DNA of 64,000 nt from positions 93,124,001-93,188,000 of the forward strand of contig OZ024745.1 of the NCBI GenBank assembly GCA_964016885.1, read 5' to 3'. Source of the stretch: Eledone cirrhosa. Lineage: Eukaryota. Both the position numbers and the translations under genes were made by a program. Below the pieces are notes generated by a model that was not told where the DNA came from, searched no databases, and was given only the letters and a program-made list of their open reading frames with translations. Below, piece by piece: positions 37,392-50,914 of the stretch; position 1 is the stretch's first letter; every line of letters starts with the position of its first letter.

Positions 37392-39635
37392 CCCCTAGTG
37401 GCATTAATTATTTGACTTTGAAAAATTTTGAACTTATTTTGAACACTATTTTCCTTGCTCCTTTGTACTGTTTTGAATTGTATTGTTCCCGTTACATTTT
37501 TCTGCATGCTTATTTCATACTTTGTTTCTGTTGCAAACCATTGTAATTTATGTACCTTTTGTTTTGCTTGCTCCTCGCTACAATGACTTTACGGTTATTA
37601 TCGACTATCGTCTGGAGGGGAGCCTTGTAGCGACTAGCGCCACCTTGCCCCGGGAGAAAAAACTAATTGGAGTTACTTCCCCGTGGCCAGTATATAAGGG
37701 AGTGTTCTGACGTCACTCGACCTCTCTTGCTCACTGAAAATTCTCCTATCTCTTATTTCTATTAAATTTAGTAGTTGGGTTCCGGTGATACTTACTGAAG
37801 TAAGTAACCCTGGGACCAACTCACTAAAATATCAGTGGTTTTTGGTACCTAGGTTTCACAGAGGGATACAAGACAAAATAAATACCATCTGCCTTTGACC
37901 TAGGTTTCACAGAGGGATATTAGACAAAAGGGATATCATCTGGCTTTAACCCAAGAAATCAGGAGAGATAATATAATATTGGTTTGTAATCTTGGCAAAA
38001 TGCCAGCAAATTTTGGGAAAGTGGAAAGTTGATTAAATCAACATCAGTACTTAACTGGTACTTTAATACTGACCTCAGGAGGATACATTTAGGAGAGATA
38101 ATATTTAAAACTGTAAAGCATTTAGTCTGCCATTCTATTGTCAGTCAAGTTTTTAAGCTCCACTCATGTTTGTAATAGCTTCAACAAAAAAAATTATCAA
38201 TGTGTAGTTTACTTAGTGATAATCAGTTTGGCAGAGCTTATCTCACATACAATAACCTAGAAATTAAAATCTGCAATAGAAGATAACAAAACACTCAACA
38301 ATTTTACAGTGCTGCTACTGTTTACAGGCATTAGTCATTTTAACTCCCAATACCTACTTCCTGTTAAGTTTTGAGCCATACAGAGAGAGAAAGGCATACT
38401 GAAGACAAAAAAACAAACTGGTGACACCTTTGCTAATTATCTGTTACTCTATAAACTCGGCTATCACACCCTATCTAAGTAAACTTTATTGTTTTACTGT
38501 TCAAACATAGAAAGAATTAATCCATATAGTTTACAGAATCGAAGAATACAATATACTGTAAACGAAAATAATCAAAATGGATGCATTTACATACACATTC
38601 CCAAATAGAAATAGGATCTTCTTATAACAGAGTATATCATATTGAATTTCAATTTTTTTTAATCAGTATAAATGAGAGATGATAGGGATATCTTACAAAC
38701 CCACAATATATAAAATTTAAAGATGAAGATTAACCCATTAGCATTTACATTACTCTATATTTACTATTATATTTTACATTACTCTATATTTACTATTATC
38801 TTTTACATTACTCTATATTTACTATTATATTTTACATTACTCTATATTTACTATTATATTTTCATGGTAAAGGCTTTACTTCACATTTTGAAATGATTTA
38901 TCTTGACAACAATACCTTCACATCAATATTAGTGGCCGGTTACAGCCCGCTTGAACAGAAAGAGGTGAGAGAATTCTGGTCAGATATGGCTGGTTTAAAT
39001 GCTAAAGGGTTAAATATATCTTTTGTTGAGGCACAAATGAGAGGTAATAAAAATGCTTTACATAGCTGAAAGACCTAGAAACTGTATTGCAATATCAGCT
39101 TTTGGTGAGTTTACCTCTGGTTCTATGAGACTCAACATATGAGCAGATCATCATTGAGTACAATAGCTACCTTTTCAAACAAGCTGTCACAAGAAATAAA
39201 TATCTTTATTGTTGCAGTAATACAATATTTTAGATGAAAACTATTAACTCTGGCTAGGTATGATGTATGTACGTATATGTGTGTACATGTGTAACTTTCT
39301 ATATGTGTATTCTACATTAACATATACATACACATACACTTCTGTTATACATACCATGAATGATGAGCTTAGCAAATATTTGAAAACCTTTTGTAATATT
39401 GCTTGTATATACACACCTGTTTAAAATACATTTACATACACACAAACACATTCCAACGCACATATGGGCATGTGTGTATATTTACATACAGACACACACA
39501 CATATCATCATCATCATCATCATCATTTAACATCCATTTTCCATGCTTGCATGGATTAGACAAGTTGCTACATTATAAGACAAGTCAAGTCAGGTGAACA
39601 TGTCTTGCTCATGAATCAGTAATTTGGCTTAGTTT

Positions 39636-42282
39636 CTATAGCTGGATACCCTATAGCTGGATACCTTATAGCTGGATACCCTAATGCTGGATACCCTAAT
39701 GCTGGATACCCTATAGCTGGATACCCTAATGCTGGATACCCTAATGCTGGATACCCTATAGCTGGATACCCTATAGCTGGATACCCTATAGCTGGATACC
39801 CTATAGCTGGATACCCTAATGCTGGATACCCTAATGCTGGATACGCTATAGCTGGATACCCTAATGCTGGATACCCTAATGCTGGATACCCTATAGCTGG
39901 ATACCCTATAGCTGGATACCCTATAGCTGGATACCCTAATGCTGGATACCCTAATGCTGGATACCCTATAGCTGGATACCCTATAGCTGGATACCCTATA
40001 GCTGGATACCCTAATGCTGGATACCCTATAGCTGGATACCCTATAGCTGGATACCCTAATGCTGGATACCCTAATGCTGGATACGCTATAGCTGGATACC
40101 CTAATGCTGGATACCCTAATGCTGGATACCCTATAGCTGGATACCCTATAGCTGGATACCCTATAGCTGGATACCCTAATGCTGGATACCCTAATGCTGG
40201 ATACCCTAATGCTGGATACCCTATAGCTGGATACCCTAATGCTGGATACCCTAATGCTGGATACCCTAATGCTGGATACCCTAATGCTGGATACCCTATA
40301 GCTGGATACCCTAATGCTGGATACCCTAATGCTGGATACCCTAATGCTGGATACCCTATAGCTGGATACCCTAATGCTGGATACCCTAATGCTGGATACC
40401 CTATAGCTGGATACCCTATAGCTGGATACCCTATAGCCGGATACCCTAATGCTGGATACCCTATAGCTGGATACCCTAATGCTGGATACCCTAATGCTGG
40501 ATACCCTATAGCTGGATACCCTATAGCTGGATACCCTATAGCTGGATACCCTAATGCTGGATACCCTATAGCTAGATACCCTATAGCTGGATACCCTATA
40601 GCTGGATACCCTGTAGCTGGATACCCTAATGCTGGATACCCTATAGCTGGATACCCTATAGCTAGATACCCTATAGCTGGATACCCTATAGCTGGATACC
40701 CTATAGCTGGATACCCTATAGCTGGATACCCTATAGCTGGATACCCTATAGCTGGATACCCTATAGCTGGATACCCTATAGCTAGATACCCTATAGCTGG
40801 ATACCCTAATGCTGGATACCCTATAGCTGGATACCCTATAGCTGGATACCCTAATGCTGGATACCCTATAGCTGGATACCCTAATGCTGGATACTCTAAT
40901 GCTGGATACCCTATAGCTAGATACCCTATAGCTGGATACCCTATAGCTAGATACCCTATAGCTGGATACCCTATAGCTGGATACCCTAATGCTGGATACC
41001 CTATAGCTGGATACCCTATAGCTGGATACCCTATAGCTAGATACCCTATAGCTGGATACCCTCTAGCTAGATACCCTATAGCTGGATACCCTATAGCTGG
41101 ATACCCTAATGCTGGATACCCTATAGCTGGATACCCTATAGCTGGATACCCGAAAGCTAGATACCCTATAGCTGGATACCCTATAGCTAGATACCCTATA
41201 GCTGGATACCCTAATGCTGGATACCCTATAGCTGGATACCCTATAGCTGGATACCCTATAGCTGGATACCCTAATGCTGGATACCTTATAGCTGGATACC
41301 CTATAGCTGGATACCCTAATGCTGGATACCCTAATGCTGGATACCCTATAGCTGGATACCCTAATGCTGGATACCCTATAGCTGGATACCCTAATGCTGG
41401 ATACCCTAATGCTGGATACCCTATAGCTGGATACCCTATAGCTGGATACCCTATAGCTGGATACCCTAATGCTGGATACCCTATAGCTGGATACCCTATA
41501 GCTGGATACCCTATAGCTGGATACCCTAATGCTGGATACCCTATAGCTGGATACCCTAATGCTGGATACCCTAATGCTGGATACCCTATAGCTGGATACC
41601 CTATAGCTGGATACCCTATAGCTGGATACCCTAATGCTGGATACCCTAATGCTGGATACCTTATAGCTGGATACCCTATAGCTGGATACCCTATAGCTGG
41701 ATACCCTAATGCTGGATACCCTAATGCTGGATACCCTATAGCTGGATACCCTATAGCTGGATACCCTAATGCTGGATACCCTAATGCTGGATACCCTAAT
41801 GCTGGATACCCTATAGCTGGATACCCTATAGCTGGATACCCTAATGCTGGATACCCTAATGCTGGATACCCTATAGCTGGATACCCTATAGCTGAATACC
41901 CTATAGCTGGATACCCTAATGCTGGATACCCTAATGCTGGATACCCTAATGCTGGATACCCTAATGCTGGATACCCTAATGCTGGATACCCTATAGCTGG
42001 ATACCCTAATGCTGGATACCCTATAGCTGGATACCCTATAGCTGGATACCCTAATGCTGGATACCCTATAGCTGGATACCCTAATGCTGGATACCCTATA
42101 GCTGGATACCCTATAGCTGGATACCCTAATGCTGGATACCCTATACCTGGATACCCTAATGCTGGATACCCTATAGCTGGATACCCTATAGCTGGATACC
42201 CTAATGCTGGATACCCTATAGCTGGATACCCTATAGCTGGATACCCTATAGCTGGATACCCTAATGCTGGATACCCTAATGC
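39636..42282. repeat. 15-bp two-variant tandem array, ~176 units (ctatagctggatacc / ctaatgctggatacc)
   Basis: Perfectly phased, no indels visible; flanks continue a retroposon 3'-tail sequence on both sides. Confidence 0.97.
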
Positions 42283-44412
42283 CAATCACGTTACAGGGTA
42301 GACTTGTTGCTTTTGTCATGGTAACGGCATTGTGGGAGATCAGATGTAGAATGTGTCCAGCTTTCCTATTTGTATGCGTGGGTTTCCCAGGCAAGATGTA
42401 TTAGGGAGAGGGTTTGGAAGAAGGGCGGACAAGTAAGCAAGTTGGATGTCGATGAGGTGTGCAGGCTATTTAGCTGGTAAGAGCAGGGTTGTATGGTATA
42501 CAGATGTGCTATCAATACACCAAAGTGTGACTCTATTCATCCAGCATTTTAACCTTCAGCATGCTATAAGTGCATTATGTCGGCAATAGAGTAATCTCCC
42601 CTTAATACATAATGCAGTGTCAAGGGAAGCAATTCATAAAAATTCTTACATGGTAGCATGCCATAACCAGCTGCTCATAGTGATGTTAAGGTATTGTTCT
42701 CAAAATAAATAACATCAAAATCTCATAGATACAATATTATGTGAGATATTATATGAGGTAAAGCCTTTACCGTGAAAATATTATAGTAAATATAGAGTAA
42801 TGTAAATGGGAGAGGGTTAAACTTGAATAAGTGTTAACATGTTTAATGTAGTTACTATCAAATATCTTATAAGAAAAACCTATTGTTTCTTGTATAAATC
42901 ATAAGTATCTGCCTAATGTTCAGCTTAAATAACAATACGATAAAATAAAACCCTCTTTACATTGTCTTCTTGTATAGAACAAATTCCTGCTTTGTCATTC
43001 ATTGTTGTTTTATAAAACTACATTGTATTTTGTATCATATGCATATGGTGACTTCTGATAAGTGACCAGGGCTTCCTTTGATTATAAAAGAGTGGACTCA
43101 TAGTTGTTACTCTCTCACTCAGTAACAGATTTTGACTACAGCAGTTGGTTGGACATTTTTGGCTGACTGGTAACCAACAGGTCATTAATATGCCTCACAA
43201 CACAGCTATATATTTTACACTATTGTACATTGGCATTAGCACATTCAGCTGTCTCTCTCTGTAGGAGTGTCCAGGTCGTAGCCCTGGGAGTATTGATAAG
43301 ATGCTGTTAATCCTATCACCACCACAAACAACAGCTATAAGTGTGGACAAAAAGAAGATCTCCATAATACAACTGATTTGAATAGAAAGAGGTGAAAGAA
43401 TTCTGGCTGGATATGGCCAGTTTAAAATGCTAAAGGATTAAAGTTCTTTCCCAGGCCAAATTCCTCAGTCTCTTTTCAAACATTGAATACTGTATTCTTT
43501 CATTTGAGAAGACAACATTCTTGACACTCAATGGGTTCAAATTTTACTTGTAATAATGAAAGGTTCAGTTTATAAATCATTCATTACTCCAGAATAAAGT
43601 GTTTTTACTATCTTAACAACCTTCAGCCTTTGATTCTGTATTGTAATTGGCAACACAACTTTCAAATGTTGTGCTGTTGACTTAGCTATCATCATCATCA
43701 TCATCATCATCATTATTATCTCTGTCACCATCATCATCATCATCATCACTGTTTAACATCTATTTGCATGGGCTAGATGGGCTCCCATGTACTGAGGCTG
43801 AACAGAGAAAGCAGAATTGCTTTCATCCCCTCCCCTCCCAACCTGTCAAATCCCCTCACCCGACTAAACTTAGGCACAAGACTATTATATGGACCCTAGT
43901 TCTTTACTGGTATTGCATTTTATTGACCCTGGAAGGATGAAAGGCAAAGTTGACTTCAATGGGATTTGAACTCAGAATGTAAAGAGTTAGAACAACTATT
44001 GCTAAGCCTGGCGCTTTAACAACTCTGCCAATCCTCTGCTCCTCAATGTAAAATCACTGTGGGTAACAAGAAGTGGAAGAACTTGCCCAAGGAGAGCAAC
44101 CAACTTCCACCACTTTCTCAGATCTCCCTTGATCTTACTCCTTTAGTTTCTTTCATATTATATATCATACTCCTTACTCTACATGCATCACATGTCTAAA
44201 CCACCTCAGTCTTCTTTCTTGCACATTACATCTGATTCCTCTTATATCCAGTTTTTCTCTCAGCTCTGTACTCTGTTTTTAATCTACACTAATATTAAAC
44301 ATCCTGGAAAGCAGACTTATTTTATTTCTTTTCAGCCTTCACTCATCCTCTGCATTTAATGCCCATGTTTTGCTACCATGTAACATCCCACTTCATACAC
44401 AAGTATCATACA

Positions 44413-45473
44413 TGTAGCAAGAGTTGCCTCCCTTGTCATGACAATCTCATCACCGCTCTCTAGACAGGAAGTAGCTGGAGTTGCTACCCTTTGGGGGTGA
44501 TAGAACCCTGTTGGTCACTTCCGGTCAGACCCTATAAAAGGAACAGGTTAGGACGATCTCCCTCTCTCGCCTCCTGAATCCCAAAGTGGTAACAACACCT
44601 GCGATCTTATCATGAGATGATTCCTTTCTCATAATCCTTCGCCACCAAGAAGAATGCAACCAGCAGAACAAGCCAGAGAATTTATTTCTGCAGCACTCTT
44701 CCTGTGAGAAATTCCCTTCGGAAGTTGGAAATTTCACGTTATACCACAGACCAGAAACCACCAGCATTCATTCTCTGGAACACATTCTTTCCTGCTGTCA
44801 TGTGATTGCACACATGTGAACTGTATTTTGAACATTTGAACTTTGACCTCTTCTCTTACTTTGATTACATTGTATCATAATTTTCATGCCTCTTACATCC
44901 TCGCCATCTTACTCCATGCATGTTTCATTCGATTTTTATGTTTTAAAAATCTGGCGGGGGTAATGTAGCAAGAGTTGCCTCCCTTGTCATGAAAATCTCA
45001 TCACCGCTCTCTAGACAGGAAGTAGCTGGAGTTGCTTCCCTTTGGGGGTGATAGAACCCTGTTGGTCACTTCCGGTCAGACCCTATAAAAGGAACAGGTT
45101 AGGACGATCTCCCTCTCTCGCCTCCTGAATCCCAAAGTGGTAACAACACCTGCGACCTTATCATGAGATGATTCCTTTCTCATAATCCTTCGCCACCAAG
45201 AAGAATGCAACCGGCAGCCTAAGAGCCTAAGAAGATGTTAACACCTCCAAGAGAAGATCTCTGTTCTTCTCTACACACTTCAGCCTAGGAGTTGTGACCC
45301 ACGGGTAATGATTCATTTATATTAATCCCTTTGACTTCTGTGAAGTAAAAACATTATCACAACACACACCGGCATTTATTGTCTTTTGTAATAATTTTAC
45401 TAATCTCCTAAATACAATTTGTTTTTCACTTGAAGAAAGAATCTCTTTCTACCCATTCTTACCCTGGTTACTA
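44413..45473 (+). mobile_element. Internally deleted LTR retroelement (truncated 5' LTR + short internal piece + PPT + 3' LTR)
   Basis: TGTAGCAAGAG starts at 44413 and 44964 with ~250 bp nearly identical; ggcgggggtaa precedes the second copy; TATAAAA in both. Right end approximate. Inserted next to an old RTE fragment (44050-44412). Confidence 0.75.
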
Positions 45474-46329
45474 TGCTTTTATAACACCCTCCTCCACTGC
45501 TTATGAGGTCACCTAGTTAACTAAAGCTATCAACTACTCCAAGGAAGCCCTCTGAGAATTTGAAAATATTATTTAATAAGTGCTCTTACTTTTAACAAAT
45601 TCTTTCTTCTCTGACAACTTTACAACAAAGGTTCTTACACAAAATTATAATGGAAACATATTTTTTTAACCCTTTAACATGTAACCCAGCCATATCCGGC
45701 TAGAATTCTCTCACCATTTTCTGTTCAAACCGGCTATAACTGGCCCCTCATACTAACTTTAAGGTATTGGTCTCAAAATAAATACTATCAAAATCTCATA
45801 GACTCGATGTTATGTGAGATATTTATGTGAAGTAAAGCCTTTTCTCTGAAAATACAATAGTAAATATAGAGTAATGTGAATGCTGAAGGGTTAAGTAAAC
45901 AGATTTGTATTATAGAACTAGGGTCAGTATTGGGAGATTTGATATCAAAAAAGTTAAGGGACCCCAGAAATAGAAAAGCAGAGTTAACCCTTTAGCATTT
46001 ACATTACTCTATATATACTATTATATTTTCATGGTAAAAACTTTATTTCATGGTTAGAATGTCTTTGGAGAGAATCGCTGGACAGTTGATATTATCTATT
46101 TTGAGGATAATACCTAATTGTAGGTATGAGTGGCCAGTTACAGCTGGTTTGAACAGAAAGAGGTGAGAAAATTCTGACCGGATACAGCCGGTTTAAATAC
46201 TAAAGGGTTAATATAGGCAATCTAACCTTTAACATTAATTTAAATTTGTTGTCTGTTAAATGTTAAATTTAGAACAAAGACAAATGAAACTAAACCCGTT
46301 GTGAGACATTTGCTGTCATTGTCAAACCT

Positions 46330-46580
46330 GTCTCTACCCCACCCTCCTCACTACCCTCTCTACCCTCTTTCTATCTCTCCCCCTATATCTCTCTCCCACT
46401 CTCCCCGACCCTTCTCTCTCTCCCCCACCCCCCTCTCGCCCTCCCCTTCTCCCCCTCCCCTATCTCTCTATCCTACTCACCCTTTCTATCGCGCTCTCCC
46501 TCTATATATATATATCTCCCTCTCTCTCCCCTACACTTCTCTCTTTTTTCCACCTATCTCTCTCTCCTCTCTACCTCCTC
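46330..46580. repeat. Polypyrimidine (CT-rich) low-complexity tract
   Basis: Directly visible; source of the spurious ORF 46301-46726. Confidence 0.85.
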
Positions 46581-47214
46581 TCTCCCCCTATCTCTCTCTT
46601 ATTCCTCATGTTTTAAAAATTTTAATTACTTTTCTTTATATTTATATATTCTATATTATTTTTATTTTCTTCAGAATTAAAAAAACAATTCTATATTATC
46701 TTAAAATTCTATTTTCTACTCTATAATTTATTCTACTTTAATTTATAGCAGTATCGGTGGCACGTCGAACAACATGCTTTATGGCATAGAGTTATGGCCC
46801 TTTACCATCTAAGTTCAAATACTGACAATGTTAGCTTTGACCATTTTCTTTTGCATATCATCATCATCATTATCATTATCATTGTTGTCATCATTATTTT
46901 ATCTCCTCTTTTCTATGCTTGCATTGGCTGGACAGATCTTTTCCATCATAGCATCCCTCCATGTGTGGTATTCCTTCTTCATCACCTCTGTGAGCTTCAG
47001 CTTTCCTCGCCTCTACACATGTCTTCCTTGATCTTCCTCCACTGCAGCTACCTTCCACTGGGATTTTTTAGCACCTCTTTGCCCAATGATCATTATCCGT
47101 ATGCATCGCATGTCCAGACCAACACAGTCTTCTCTCTTGCACACTACATCTGATTCCTCTTAAACCCAATTTTCTCTCGTCTCATCCATGTTTCATATAT
47201 ATCTATATCTAAAG

Positions 47215-47480
47215 TCTAAAGTCTGTCTTAAGCCAGAAGGCTCATTTGGCCAGAGCTTATCCCGGTTTCATGGCGTGAAGCAACTGAGAGTACAAGAGTC
47301 ACCCTGGATAGGATGCCAGTCCATCGCAGAGTTAAACCCCCAGCTATTGCTGGTACTCATTTTCAGCTGAGTACACTGGAGCAACGTGAAAGTGTTTTGC
47401 TCAAGAACAAAACACGCAACCCAGGAATCGAACCCACAACATTATGTTTGTAAGTCCAACATCTTAACCACTAGGCCACC
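47215..47480 (-). mobile_element. tRNA-derived SINE with CORE-like centre and V-domain-like 3' half
   Basis: Minus strand GTGGCCTAGTGGTTAAG (A box), GGTTCGATTCC (B box), ttgagcaaaacactt CORE-like, then ctgcgatggactggcatcctatccaggg. Confidence 0.75.
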
Positions 47481-47504
47481 ACTTATATTATATATATATA
47501 TATA

Positions 47505-48138
47505 TCATCATCATCATCATCATCGTTTAACATCTATCTTCCACGCTAGCATGGGTTTAGACGGGAATTGTCCCACTTGAGGCAAGATTGGTTGGGAGGC
47601 CGTGTCTCGCTCGCATAGGACTGTCTGGCAGGTTTTCTACGGCTGGATGCCCTTCCTAACACCAACCACGTTTACAGTGTGGACTGGGAGGTTTTTACCG
47701 TGTTACCTACACGGCCACATTACAGCGTGGACTGTGTGTTTTTTTGTCGTGACACCTACACGACCTCATTTATTTAGGACTGGATGTTGTGGTACCAACA
47801 TAACTTTACAGAGAAAGGGGTGGTGTTGATGGGGGTGGGGGTGGGGGTAGTGGGATGGGGGTGTATGTTTGGTTAAGAGGTGCCTACTGACTGTAGGTTT
47901 CACTTTGTACATAGGCAAGGCGCATCTTCTGTATTACTGCGTAGCGCCAAAGATCTCGGTCCAGTGACATTGTCTTGGAGAGGTGTAAGTGTGTAAGGTC
48001 GGAATTTATAAAATCGTCCCAGGTTTTTCTGGGTCTGCCTACTCCGTAGCATCCATCAATTTTGATCGCCCTGCACTTTTTTATACAGCTGTCGTCTTTC
48101 ATGCGCATCACATGACCATACCAACGTAGTCTTCTCTC
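47505..48138 (-). mobile_element. RTE subfamily A 3' fragment
   Basis: RRLRWYGHVMRMKDD...GRPRKTW plus subfamily-A 3' UTR and (GAT)n tail. Confidence 0.9.
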
Positions 48139-50535
48139 ATATATACCATGACGATGCCCTCTTCACCGTTTATGACCACAGCACCACTATGGTGGAGGGA
48201 ATGAAGAGGCGAATTAGGCACTTTTTTAGGAATCATAGTCTCAGTATAGAATTAGACATAATAGAAAGGTGGTTAACTCCCTAGACACCACTCTAAACCT
48301 GAACACTGAGCAATACTACCCCTATCACAAGCATAACAAGAAGCTGGTATATGTTAACGCTAAGTCAAATCACCCTAGATCCATCATTAAGGCCATAGTC
48401 AAGAGTGTCTCGGACAGGATCTCCACCTTGTCTGCAAATAAAGAGATCTTCGATAGCAACGCAGAGTATTATAATGCAGCTCTAGATAAGGTGGCCCATG
48501 GCCAAACTATATCTTATATGAAGCTCTCGTATTCTACCACACCCAGCATAGCCCAGCACATAGCTAGCATCAATAGGAGTAGACTTAGGAACTACACACA
48601 GCCAGCAGCTGACCCTATAGGCACCCAGCAGAGTCATGAAGGGGTGAATGGTGGACCCGGGACCGACCCGAGGAACCCCAACCAACCCAGGGACCCAGCA
48701 CCTGGCTCAGGCATCAACCACTCCAAACTATGCAACGGGGACCCCACAATAGGCATTCAGGGGCTGACCACTTCCTGAAACTGCAGAACCCCCACATTAT
48801 GCCCCCTTGGTAATGAATGCCTAATGAAAAACTTAGTATACGGATGTAGAGTAAAACCCCCCAACTCTGAGCACCTTTACGTAGGAGCCACATCAACGAG
48901 CTTCAAAGATAGATGGTATAACCATCGCCATTCCTTTAATAGGGAGGACAAGAGGAAAAGTACGGCTCTTTCTGAACTGACCTGGAAGCTCAAGCTGGAC
49001 AGGACCCCATACTCTCTGGCCTGGTCCAAGATCAGGAAAGTGCCACCTGACAGAGGGGGATATGGCATCTGCAACCTCTGTTTGAGCGAGACCCTCGAGA
49101 TACTCAGTGGTAGGAGTAACCTAATCAACCTCAGGATTGATTTCTTTGGTACCTGTAGACACCTTAGGGCGAGAACCTTCCTCAAGCTATATGGATAGCA
49201 ACCCCTTAGGATGGAACCTTCCCCCAAGCTATATAGATAGCAACCCCGTCACACCGAGCCCAAGGTACACCAAACCCACCCCTATACCCGTCTTTATCAC
49301 CCACTCCACTCACACCTCTATTAGCACATATAACACCGCACCTACCTAGCAGCTAGAACCGTGCCTCACACCGCTGTGGTCAACCCCTCTCTCTCACTTC
49401 TTTAACCAGAACCCAGGTTAGCTGACACTAGATAATTTAGTGAGACAAAGTATGTCAGCGGAGTCCTACCCTGTGTGCAACCAGGCACCCCACATTTCCG
49501 ACCAGCGGGCCTCAACAGCCAACCCTGGTTTGTGATCTGACCCCCTTCGCACGCAAGAGTCAGTGCTAAATACCGCCAGTAAATAGGACACACCTATTAC
49601 TACTTACTTTTCTCCCCACTCTATGTGGTGACTTTTGACTCTGTGTCCATGTGTGTGTATCCACATGTATGCATATATGTAATTGTGTGTATGCGTGCAT
49701 GTATGCGTCCCGATGTGTGTGGACGTGAATATGTGAATGCACCCGGGCCTGTGTTTATACGTATGCACGTGCAATGGTGTGCGTTGGTTGACATATGCGC
49801 GTATGTACTTAATGCTGGAATAAGAATTGTAGTTCTTTACACTTCTGAATTTTGACAGACAGGTTTTTTTATTTTTATTTGTTTTAACACACACGCATTT
49901 TTTGTTTGGCATCTCCCACTATAAGACTTAGTGGCAAGAAGCTCTGTCAATCTACAGACATAAATTCTTCCTCTCAAGACAGCAGCCAACTGGCTGACCT
50001 GCTAACACCACCTGCTGGCTGACCTGCTAACACCACTACCGCCACGGTAAAGTAGGTCAGCTGGACTTGAACACACTGATAAAAGCAATAACAGGCTGAC
50101 CTGTTTCTGAAGAATTGCAATAGACTTTTGGCTGGGGTGTGGTATGATAGCTGACCAATGAGGTGGGACCATATCCTTTGGACGCTAAACTTCGTTTATT
50201 CTTGCCCATATAATTCCAGTTCCTTTGAGGACTTACAACACACCCAGGAGCTGGACATATCGATGAATTAACATCATGTTTTCCTGTTTTTTCTGCCTTA
50301 ATTCTTACTGCCTGATGAGGTCACAGCCAATAATAGCTGTCACTTTAACATGTTTGACTTACACTTATTATTTTACATTACTCCGGAGTGAACAAACTAA
50401 CCTGCGCACTTCGTTGAGTGCTCCTACCTGCCTACTGAGGTGTTGGTAAACAACCAACACATACTCTAAATATATAATAACATAGGCACATGTGATTTAC
50501 AATATGGGGGCAATTGACATGTTTGAAAATAGAAA
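48139..50535 (+). mobile_element. Penelope-like element, 5'-truncated (RT C-terminus + GIY-YIG endonuclease + 3' region)
   Basis: YHDD at ~48143; thumb motif LDTTLNL..YVNAKSNHP; GIY-YIG LVYGC...YVGATSTSFKDRWYNH...STALS...CNLCLSE...CRH (48824-49198). The 3' boundary at (TA)n is inferred. Confidence 0.88.
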
Positions 50536-50602
50536 CATATATATATATATATATGAAAATAGGGAGAAAAAGATGATTATTAGGAAGAAAAATATATATA
50601 AT

Positions 50603-50633
<31 letters not shown>

Positions 50634-50914
50634 ACTAAAAAAAAAAATTTATCGCTCTACAAGGCTGCATACAATAAATGTATTCTGAGTTTTTCGAATA
50701 TTAATAATAATATTCAATTGATTCGCAATTATACACAATTAATTTTTCTTTTTTAGTTATTTGAATATGGCAAAGCGGGCCATTAATCGCTCGTTTACAT
50801 GAAACTGACTGGCCAGTCTGCTGATATGCAAATCTGGCTGATCAGTGGATCTGCTAATATGCAGATCTGACTGATCAGCCAGTCAGCTAATATGCAAATC
50901 AGGCCAATTAGTCA

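Larger units (their letters stand above)
32982..37828 (+). mobile_element. Ty3/Gypsy LTR retrotransposon, full structure, defective
   Basis: LTRs 32982-33433 and 37626-37828 (TGTAGCGAC...CACTAAA); PBS cggtgaccccg 33436-33446 (tRNA-Trp-like); PPT ggaggggagc 37614-37623; near-TSD acat/atat; domain order gag-PR-RT-RH-IN. Confidence 0.95.

Noticed and set aside
39616-42285. 889-aa GYPAI/GYPAL structural-protein gene (and the 443-aa RVSS ORF)
   Set aside because: No ATG, in-frame TGA just upstream, mostly non-synonymous variants, and both flanks are retroposon tail; the open frames follow from a stop-free 15-bp unit. Kept only as a hypothesis under findings.
43290-43345. Another TTGATAAG followed by a GCTGTT/AACAGC stem (possible hammerhead)
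   Set aside because: No GAAA, stem III or stem I partner.
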